A stretch of 63,460 bases of DNA, filler included, from Olpidium bornovanus S191 (Eukaryota; Fungi; Olpidiomycota): the NCBI GenBank assembly GCA_017911155.1. It is 30 parts of 30 records of this genome, joined end to end, with 100 filler letters (N's around TTAATTAATTAA, not from the genome) between each part and the next. Parts side by side here need not be neighbours in the genome. Positions count along the whole stretch, not along the records: positions 54,508 to 55,709 come from JAEFCI010011276.1; positions 55,810 to 56,909 come from JAEFCI010009936.1; positions 57,010 to 58,799 come from JAEFCI010011482.1; positions 58,900 to 60,414 come from JAEFCI010012042.1; positions 60,515 to 61,819 come from JAEFCI010002994.1; positions 61,920 to 63,460 come from JAEFCI010005814.1; 24 more parts are not named here. One strand, given 5' to 3'. The position numbers were made by a program, and so were the translations under genes. Each line of letters begins with the position of its first letter. Position 1 is the first letter of the stretch. Of the stretch, positions 54,826 through 63,460 are shown in pieces. Under the pieces are notes generated by a model that was given only the letters and a program-made list of their open reading frames with translations, searched no databases and had not been told where the DNA came from.

Positions 54826-55709
54826 TCCTCCCCCCATACGCGAACGACCCACCGAACAAAAAAAGCAAAATAAAGCAACGTAGCACCCTTCGAAAGCGCT
54901 TTAACGACCTCCCGTGGGGCTCCAAGCCGTCTAGTTTCGACCGCCTGCGACTGCGACGCCCCTCTGAGTGGGCGATTGGCTGCTCCTGTGGTTGGAGGGC
55001 GGGATCGGGGAGCAAGGGGAGCGCGCCAAAGCCCGCGTCGAAGAGAGCTGCGATAACAGCAAGAAGAGAACTTTGCTGTTCCGTGGCCACCCGTACTTGC
55101 GGCAATCAGCACGCGTAAAACAGCCCACTGCTGCCCGTCCCAGCCTGCCACAACCCTGTCAGAGTAAACAGTCTCCCGACACCGGAACCACGAGATTTCC
55201 CCTCTGACGCCGCGATCACCTCTGCTTCTGTGGAAGACTGCGCGATACACGACTGCTTGCCGCTGCGCCAAATGACAGCTGCGCAGGAGGATTTTGGGCG
55301 GTCGGGGTCTGTGTTGCGGGCGCCTAATTGGATGATGCATCTGGAAATTGATTTTCTGTCGTCGACAGCTGAGGCCCAGTCGCTGTCAACGTACGCGCGA
55401 ATGTGTGGTGCGATGTCGGTGGATTGCGCCCGCGGAAAACAGAGTCCGTATTCTGCCGTGCCGCAAAGGTAGCGCAGTATGCGCTTCAGCGCGTTCCAAT
55501 GCGCGGCGGACCGATTGGCGGTGAAGCGGCTTAGGAAGCTGACTGCGGGTGCAATGTCCGGACGGGTGCGTGTGGACAGGTAAATGAGGGAACCAATTAG
55601 TTCGGCATACCGTGCTTTTTCGGCTGCCGGGGCGACATCTGTCCGCTGTGTTAGGGTGGAGATGGCGGATGGATCGAGTGGAAGGGGATCGGCATGACAG
55701 CTGGTGTGG
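54826..55709 (-). mobile_element. Ty1/Copia RT C-terminus and RNase H, decayed 3' end with PPT-like tract
   Basis: YAELIGSLIYLSTRTRPDIAPAVSFLSRF...HWNALKRILRYLCGT...AYVDSDWASAVDDRKSIS...VIWRSGKQSCIAQSSTEAEVIAASE, then frameshifts, then ATGGGGGAGGA near 54826-54836. Confidence 0.93.
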
Positions 55710-55809
55710 NNNNNNNNNNNNNNNNNNNNNNNNNNNNNNNNNNNNNNNNNNNNTTAATTAATTAANNNNNNNNNNNNNNNNNNNNNNNNNNNNNNNNNNN
55801 NNNNNNNNN

Positions 55810-56300
55810 CATGGCGTCCGCGGCGTCCAAACCCTTCCCGGCTTACTTTCGATGCATCCTCCGTGACAAGTCGCTGGAACGCCTCACGATCCTCCGCGCA
55901 AAAGAACGTCAAACCGTTGACGGAGGTCCCGGACTCCAGTCGGAATTCGAACGCCACCGAAAGGTCCGTGCCTTTTTCCCGAGAAAAGCACGGTACCGGT
56001 GCCAGGCGCGACGGCGCCTGTGCCGAGGTCGAGCCCTCCTCAGTTCGAGCTTGGTCCACGCATAATAGCGCCAGGGGTTGCGTTCCCGCCACCGGGAACG
56101 CCGCGACGTGCGTCGGATAGATGTCGAACACACATTGAGGCGCGCTGCCAGCGCGCATGGTTGCCGAAGTGAGCACCACTTTTGACAGGGGGTTAGGATT
56201 TGGGAGTTTCCGTACGTGTGGAGAAATGTCACAGACGGCGTGCGGATCGTGGACGGCGGAGAGTCGTCGGACGCGTTGAGCACACCCCCACGACAACGGT
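55810..56300 (-). CDS. Hypothetical protein fragment, possibly PH-like
   Basis: Open frame ending FEFRLESGTSVNGLTFFCAEDREAFQRLV, reminiscent of the last strands and helix of a PH fold. Confidence 0.35.
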
Positions 56301-56853
56301 CACTGGACTGTGAAGATGCCGCTTCTGCTTCGCGTCTTGCTGGTTCCCCCGCGCCCTGCCACTCACCGTCATCGCGCCGTCTCGAGAGACATAGAGTTGG
56401 ATCTTCGGCCAAAGGAGCGCTTCCGACGTTTCCCATCTGTTGCGAGCACAGCAGCGGTTACGGGATCCGTGTCTGTTCTCGGGAAGAAACAGAACCGAGC
56501 GTGGGGCGCGCGTGGCGCGGCGAGATGTGCGAGGGCATCAGCGCTCGACGCAGCAGTGTATCGCGATTGGATCCTTCTGCGCCTCCGCCAGCGTCCACCC
56601 GATCAGAAGCAAGGACAGTACCGCTGGTCGTCGACCGGAGGCGAAAGTAGACGGGAAACAGTGCATTGCAGAAACGCGTCGAAGCAACGCCCGCCGGTAT
56701 AAGCAGCCACAGCCCGCGAGGCATCGCCCGTCCACCTGCCTAAAACAGAGCGGCCTTCGTCCTCGTAAGTGCGATGCTCCGCCGGATGATTCGCATGCGT
56801 CACGGAGAATGCCTGAGACGCTGGGTGTGGCGGGGCTGGGGTGGGGGGAGGGG

Positions 56854-56909
<56 letters not shown>

Positions 56910-57017
56910 NNNNNNNNNNNNNNNNNNNNNNNNNNNNNNNNNNNNNNNNNNNNTTAATTAATTAANNNNNNNNNNNNNNNNNNNNNNNNNNNNNNNNNNN
57001 NNNNNNNNNTCCCTCTG

Positions 57018-57061
<44 letters not shown>

Positions 57062-57149
57062 CGGAAAGGCAGAGTCAAAATTTTGCAGTCCCCACTCCGT
57101 CGCCGACGGAAGAGAAAAAAATAATAATCGCGCTTTCTTTTCTTATTTT

Positions 57150-58681
57150 TATTATTTTTCTTTTTCTTTTTTACCAGGACGTCTTCCTTGAACTTTCTCC
57201 CGCAAGAGGCGCACGGGAAGCGCACAAAATTCTCTCCGGGCCTCGCGTCGGTGTCCGTCGCCACCACCCTCTCGTAATACTCCGTCCCGGACCCGGCCGA
57301 GCTGACCGTCGCGTGCGGATCGAAGGGGCACGCCGGCGGCGGCGCCGGGGGAGGAGGAGGAGGAGGAGGAAGCGGGCCGCCGCCGCCGCCGCCGTGCTTC
57401 GAGGCGCGGAGGGCCGGTTCGCCTTCGGCGCGGGCGGCGTGGTCGTCCGCCTCCCGATACCGGCCGGACGACGACGCCGCCGCCGCCATAGAGTGCCGGC
57501 GCCTCGCGACGGCGGAACGGTTGTGGTCGAACATGTAGGCTTCTTCCTCTTCGGGCCCGGGGGCCGCAACCGCCGGCGCCGTCCGCAAAAGGCCCGACCT
57601 GGGTCTCGAGTATGGGGGGGACGACGGCGGCGGCGGCAGCGCCGTCGCACGTTCCTCCGCTTCGGACGCCGGGGTCGCGGCGGCCCGCACGCTCCGAGCG
57701 GCCGCGGCGACCTGGTACCCTCTGCCGTGCGCCGCCGCCGTCCCGCCTTTCGGGCCGAGGCGCTCGTCCGCGGCCGAGTCGCCGGACAGCCAGATCGGGC
57801 GGCCTTCCGGCCTGGCCCTCGCCGCGGGGCCCGCCGTCCGGGGGCCTACCGCGCCGCGCTGGAGCCCGCCGCCTTCGAGCGCCGCCGCCCCGGCCGCGGC
57901 AGGGTGCGCAAAATCGTCCTCCGCCACGTACGATTCCGGCAGGTAGTACGCCCCGTCGACGACCGGCCGCAGCGTCATCGGCTGGTCCAGCGGGCGGTGC
58001 GGCGCGCGAGACGCCGACGACCGCTCGGCGGACAGCGTCGGCGCTCGCGCGATGCCCTTGCAGAAGCGCAGGTGAGAAGCGAGCTTCTCGTGGGGGATGG
58101 TCCTCATGCCTCCGGATGAGGAGAGCGCGGGGGGTGGGTCAACCGAAAGAAATTATCGTTAACGGGCCTGGAGGAAGCGGACGGCGGCGGGGGCACCTCC
58201 TCTGTCGGAGCTGTGTTTTGCGAAGAAACAAGAAAGAAAAAAAAAGGGAAAGCTCACAGTTTGTGCAGGGGTGCCCTGTGCTGCCGCCGGCGCCCCCGGA
58301 CCTGTCGACGTCGCCGCCTCCTCCGAGGCTTCCCGCGAAGATCGACCGCTGCGACGTCGACAGCGCGCCGGCCGGGTCGCGCGCGCCGCCGCCGGCGGGG
58401 AGGCGGCGGCCGGCAGCGGCGGCTTCCCGCGGCCCGGCGGCGGCGGCGGCGATGTTGGCTCGGAGGCACTGCCTCTGGTGCGACGGCAAGAGGGCCTTGG
58501 AGACGATGGCCCCGCAGATGTGGCAAAGCCTGCTTTTCGCGGGCTGCGTCGTCGCCGGCGTCGGGCCCGCCGCCTCCGAGACGTGCCCCGCCGCCTGCTG
58601 CTTGTCGGCGCCGCCGCCCAGTTCGGGATTCAGGCGCCGGTCCGCCGCGGGCGGCGGCCGCTGCTGCTGCCCGGCGAGCAT
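57150..58681 (-). CDS. C2HC zinc-finger protein (ZC2HC1/FAM164-like), three fingers visible
   Basis: CHICGAIVSKALLPSHQRQC; CTN|CMRTIPHEKLASHLRFC (reconstituted across a GTGAGC...GAG intron); FPCASCGRKFKEDVL|GT. Confidence 0.75.
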
Positions 58682-60514
58682 GAATCACCTCCCGCCTGGC
58701 GGAGAGGAACCACGAACTCTGGCTCACCAACGCGGAACGCAGTTCTGCAGGGACGGCGGTTCCGAGGGAGGCTCACCGTACTGCTGAATGCAAAAAAAAN
58801 NNNNNNNNNNNNNNNNNNNNNNNNNNNNNNNNNNNNNNNNNNNTTAATTAATTAANNNNNNNNNNNNNNNNNNNNNNNNNNNNNNNNNNNNNNNNNNNNG
58901 AAAGCAAAAACGTCGACGGCCTGCGAGTCGGGCTGCTCGGGGATGAGAGGGAAGTCTTCGAGTTTCGAGTTTTATTTAGACCATTGCAAGCCGCAGCCGT
59001 TGCGGCCGCGATGAGCCATGTTTGCGGCGCTCCCCAACTGACCAACCGGAGCTGCTCCCGGGGGTCATCTGGACGCGGAAGGGTCCCCTCCGTCCGGTTC
59101 TCAGGGAGGAGAGCCTCCGGCTTAATATTTGAGAAGGCCGAGTCGGATTGCCGCCGACAAGCGGTGGGGTCCCACGCGTGGGAGTAGGGTGGGGGACGCC
59201 CCTGAGCGGACGCACCTTTGGTGTGCCTAGTAGAGGTCACGTGACCGGAGCCACAAACAGGAGACGCGCTCCACTTCCCGGCATCAAATGCATCGAGATC
59301 ACGTGCCGGCACGGGACGGGCTAACGTTTGAGCAGCCCAGGGGCAAAGTTTAATCCGGAAGGCGGACGGAAGCAACCGCCCTCCGCCCCTGGATAAAGTA
59401 AACCAAAAATGGAAAAAATTCGCGAGAAAAAAAAATTCTTTAATGGCGGCCACAACTTTGGACGGCGCTGTTGCCGGCGTACGTGAGTACTGGGACGCCA
59501 AGGACTTCTGGAAACAAGACAACACGCGCGGCGGACCGCGTCTCAAATTGGAGGTAGGTGACTGGGTCCACTGCGTCCCTCCTTCCGTCGCGCCCGCCCG
59601 CCCGTCCGCCAGGCTCAGGGCCAGTCCAGTGAACACGTGGTGGGGGATGCTTCCCTGTGGACAGAAACTTCGTACCGGTAGCGCTGCTATTCGTCTTGAC
59701 GCAAGCCGTCTTGACCGTCTTCATCTAGGTCCATCACGCGTTTGCGTTCTTTGTTCCGTGTTTCGACGCATTTATCAATGCGCTCTTCGAGGGGCTGATG
59801 TGCTTGCGGTGTGTTTTTGACAATGCGCTTTTTGATCGCCGAAGGGCGCTGTCGCCGGCGTCTCTCCCAGCGCGCTCGCCGATGCGTTCTCCGATGCGTT
59901 CCTCAATGTGCACTGTGACTCGCCATTACGTTCTTCTCTTTGACGACTTTATTCTTCTCTTTGATGACCCTTCCGCTAGGCTGTGAGGTCACCAGGATGC
60001 GATATCGACCCTCCTGCTGGTGCGCCCGCAGGTGAATTTGCGCTTCATCCTCGGCACCACAACAAACCTACATTCCGTTTCCCTCGATCCTGAACGGTGG
60101 ATGCGAGATATCCGGATTTTCGATCAGAAACAATGGCTGTTGTTGGGGGCTTTGTCTGGGGCTTTGCAACATCGATGATGATGAGTCTTTGCTTCCACAA
60201 GTACCGGGTCTTGATAGCCATCTAGCTAGGAGTAAACCGGAACACTGCGCACAAGCATCCTGCTGGGGCCAGCATCGTGGAACAAAAGTTAAAAAATGGG
60301 CAAAGCAACAGACATCGCGCGTGCTGTCCTGACGGAGGGCCCAACCACAGAGGGGCGGCTTTTGATGTTCACGGAGAGATTCGAAGCTCCAGCTGGTCGT
60401 GCCATAAATCATGCNNNNNNNNNNNNNNNNNNNNNNNNNNNNNNNNNNNNNNNNNNNNTTAATTAATTAANNNNNNNNNNNNNNNNNNNNNNNNNNNNNN
60501 NNNNNNNNNNNNNN

Positions 60515-61780
60515 CATGGCTGCAACGAGTAAACTGCCATTGTCCTGCTTATCCAGACCCTCTCGAGTATTGTTGAGAATTCTGAAGCAGCGACAACCGG
60601 GAGCTCCTGACCGTCATCGCCGGCTTTCTTCTTCCCTGCCTCGGACCGGGCTATCTCACTCCCTCATCCTCGATGATGTTCTCAACGTCGGGCGTGTAGG
60701 AAACAACCTGCTCCTCTGTGAAATTCAACAAGTGGTTGATATCCATCGGACTGCGGCAGTGAAACTGCCTAATATGGGATTCCAGATCCTGAACGACTTT
60801 ACGCTCACGCAGATTATCCTCACCAATGTCCCTCACTGGATGACAACCAGCTAAACAAGTTGCTTCACACAATCGGCAAATGCCGTTCGGCCTGGAGCTT
60901 AAGGCGTCGAATTTTCTGTGGATCAGCAAGGTTACCTTCAATGTGCTGCAGAAAACAGACAGTTGAGTTGACGACAATAATATGTATTCAAATTCTAATA
61001 ACCCTAGCGCCCCAGGTTCTGATCTTGTGCGTCATGTCTGGCGGGGGATTCCTCCGAAAGCTGTGCAGCAAGAATGTGCAAGCTGAAGATACCTATGAGC
61101 CGGAGAAATTTGCAATGCCCGCCCTCTGCGACCCATAGCATAAAGTTCCGAGGATTTGGCGACCTGCATTTGCCTCCCCTCGAACCCCCCCCCCCTCCCC
61201 CCTCGGGGGGGGTGGGAGGGGCGTGGGGGGGTTGGTTTGTTATTTTTAAGAGAAGGTTCGCCGGTGGTCGGAATAAAGAGAATATACTCCGACGCCCGCA
61301 AAAAAAAATCAAAGGTACGCCAGCGGCCGCAGCAAAGCAAAAAAAAAAAAAAAAACGCCGGCGGTCACCACATAAAATAATGGTACCTCTGCGGCCAAGG
61401 CACGCCGGCGGACCCCCCGTCCCACACCCGCCACAGAATAAATTACGCCGACGCCAAAAAATGTACGCCCGCGACCGCAAAAAAAAGAAAAAAACCGGCG
61501 ATCAGATGCCTGTCGCGATCACTCACGGACAGTTCGGCCCCCGCGTGCTTTTGTGTGGAAACGCCGTCTGGTGCTCTCCGATGCCCGCTGACGGTCCATT
61601 CGGCAGAAAGCGTTCCCGGCGGAACGCAACAACGGCGGCTCTGAGCCCCGACTCCGGCTCGAACCGGAGCACCAACTGGCGAGCAAAGGAAAGACCGGCA
61701 TGGTAACGGCGAGCAAAACGAAAGCCAAGAGACCGGCAGCGCGGCGTCTAAAAAGGAAAACGCGAGAGAAGCCCGGTAAA
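60515..61780 (-). CDS. Multi-exon fragment of an unidentified, apparently globular protein
   Basis: High-complexity exons YHAGLSFARQLVLRFEPESGLRAAVVAFRRERFLPNGPSAGIGEHQTAFPHKSTRGRT and KFDALSSRPNGICRLCEATCLAGCHPVRDIGEDNLRERKVVQDLESHIRQFHCRSPMDINHLLNFTEEQVVSYTPDVENIIEDEG, bounded by AG/GT signals. Confidence 0.5.
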
Positions 61781-63460
61781 AAGGCGGCGAGACATTTGCG
61801 CACAGATCAGACGCAGGCCNNNNNNNNNNNNNNNNNNNNNNNNNNNNNNNNNNNNNNNNNNNNTTAATTAATTAANNNNNNNNNNNNNNNNNNNNNNNNN
61901 NNNNNNNNNNNNNNNNNNNCTGGTAAGGTCCCCGCTGTCCGACGATTTTGCTGGTTTGAGGCGGAATTGCCGCCACTGTCCTAGCATAGGGACCGAGGTT
62001 TTGCCGAGTGTTTGACGGCCGCTAGAGGTGGGAACATGAAATTTTCGCGTCTCGCTTCGAAACGTTATATAAGACGCGGAAAAAAAAAATCCGGACGTTT
62101 GGGCCACGAACCCGGTTTTTCCCAACCCTTTTGTGACAGTAGGCCGCCGGTTCGCCTACCTGAACAACTTCTGAGCGGCAGACAAAGCCGGCCGTGGTCG
62201 GATTTCCGGCACGCCAATCGTGGCCACTATCGAACTGCTGCCCTTTACCTGGACTGACCGGCAGGGACATCCGATTGCTCCGTCTCGTCGTGAGAGGAGC
62301 GTGAATGGCCCCATTACGCGAGGTGCCTGCCGATTTCTCGTAGTGTTAATACGTCTGGACACATCCTGCTGTTTCCGTAAACCGAGCACTGGTGTGATAG
62401 CGGGTGCCAACCGTCCGCCGCTCCAGCGCTTGCTGCGGAATCCTCCACTTCGGGGGAGAGATTTCCTTTTTGCCACGGGCTTCCGCACGGCGAAACGCGC
62501 GGAGGGCACGGCACGCAGTTGCGCTCCGTCCTTGAACGGACGAACGGTGTCGGCCGAGTCTGCCTGTGACGCGCTCGCTGTTGCCCGACCCCGTTTTCCG
62601 CCTGGTCGTGCCGCACAGCCGGTCGGGCCCCGCGTCGTCGTGCCGCTCCCCGGCGACGGCGGCGCCGCGGCTTTTCCAAGCCCCGACGGGGCGCGCAGAA
62701 TGAATTTTCGCGCTGACCACAAAGCTGACGCGGAGGAGCGCTTCCAAGCCCCATAGACTTCCCGCTAAGGCCCAAATGGTAATGTCACAGGTTTGGAGCT
62801 GCTGTAGTGTTCCACCTGTGAGAATCGGAGGCGGACGACGAAACAACATCCGCGAGTCCGGATATTCCGGCCGGCGTTCGCGCGGGGTGACCCGACGGTT
62901 TTCTGCACCGGGCAAACGGGCCGGCTGAGTGGTGCTCACGATCAGCGACCGCTCGCGGCTTCCGGCGCAATTTCCGAACACGGTGTGCAGCACTTCGGCG
63001 GGAATCGCTTTTACGCGCGATGACGGAGATTCAGCCGCGGACTCGCAGGGCCGGAACGGAGGAGCTCGGTTGTGCCGGTACGTTCGTCCGTGAACAAGGC
63101 ATCGCAACAGGAGGGGGTGGGGGGGGGGACCGGTGGGGGGATCGGGCGCTGCTGCCGAGTCTGCGACCCAACAGCCGCAGGCGTGCCGAACCCCGAGCAA
63201 CCGGTCTCGTCTTCGCATATCCCCCGGCGACAAGTTTTACACCGTGCGCATCGAAAAATAACACGGGGAGGGCGATAAAGGAGCCGAACGCGGCGTAAGT
63301 AAACGGGCTCGCACGACCGCCGAAAGAACAACCTTCCAGCATGAGCCGCAGCAGGACGAAAGCCATTTAAATCGATAATATATAATAGTTCATATGTAGG
63401 TAGTGCTATCACTAATTTATGTATAAATTTATTTTATGATATTATGTTTAATTATCCCAC

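Larger units (their letters stand above)
1..63460. other. Concatenated assembly: 30 contigs separated by 29 artificial N44-TTAATTAATTAA-N44 linkers
   Basis: Identical 100-bp spacer with TTAATTAATTAA (stops in all six frames) starting at 2438, 4824, 6600, 8091, 9828, 12182, 13839, 15447, 16673, 18329, 21441, 26441, 28611, 30132, 32061, 34589, 38632, 42671, 44601, 45701, 47017, 48411, 52437, 54452, 55754, 56954, 58844, 60459, 61864. Confidence 0.99.

Noticed and set aside
59443-59820. Gypsy integrase C-terminal fragment (LKLEVGDWV)
   Set aside because: A single short motif with no GPY/F or other supporting residues; insufficient to annotate.
1-63460. Gene cluster, operon or synteny among neighbouring genes (e.g. 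SZT2 with TCO89, ciliary genes)
   Set aside because: Neighbours are separated by artificial linkers and contig order is arbitrary. Only within-contig adjacency (e.g. QCR8 and RNH201 tail-to-tail) is real.
61920-63460. Coding gene in the last contig (295-aa minus-strand ORF and others)
   Set aside because: No motifs, non-ATG starts, and equally long ORFs in several frames; cannot distinguish from GC-rich non-coding DNA.
13895-63460. Endogenous RNA-virus (RdRp, capsid) or giant-virus genes
   Set aside because: No RdRp motif set or recognisable capsid or NCLDV gene was seen. The isolated GDD in 44661-45392 lacks motifs A and B.

Overview
This window is not contiguous DNA. It is 30 short contigs (about 1.0-4.9 kb) joined by 29 artificial 100-bp spacers (N44-TTAATTAATTAA-N44), so neighbourhood across spacers has no biological meaning. 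About half of the contigs begin exactly with CATG. The DNA is eukaryotic, GC-rich and intron-containing, with many long homopolymer runs. Gene content points to an early-diverging zoosporic fungus. Fungal-type genes are present (QCR8, SOD-like mitoribosomal mS42/mS43, TCO89-like, MAM3/CNNM, SCS3/FIT, PPX1, TSR2, RNH201, SAC1-family, mito EF-G, TBL1/SIF2), alongside genes absent from yeasts (CEP44, NEK8-like kinase, ZC2HC1-like, SZT2, AP-4 epsilon). An Olpidium-like organism is my unverified guess. Several contigs are mostly transposon debris (Copia, Gypsy/chromovirus, MULE). The most striking structure is at 23871-24203 (minus strand): a miniature LTR retroelement (TRIM) whose LTRs each embed a tRNA-like cloverleaf with Pol III A/B boxes. 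The two LTRs flank a 104-bp core that carries a Ty5/copia-type half-tRNAiMet PBS and a polypurine tract. It resembles the Cassandra/Helenus-type Pol III TRIMs. A Copia element with a similar PBS occurs on another contig. A gag-plus-chromodomain-only Gypsy derivative appears to have inserted 7 bp upstream of one tRNA-like unit. All homology calls are from motif recognition by eye; no database search was run.
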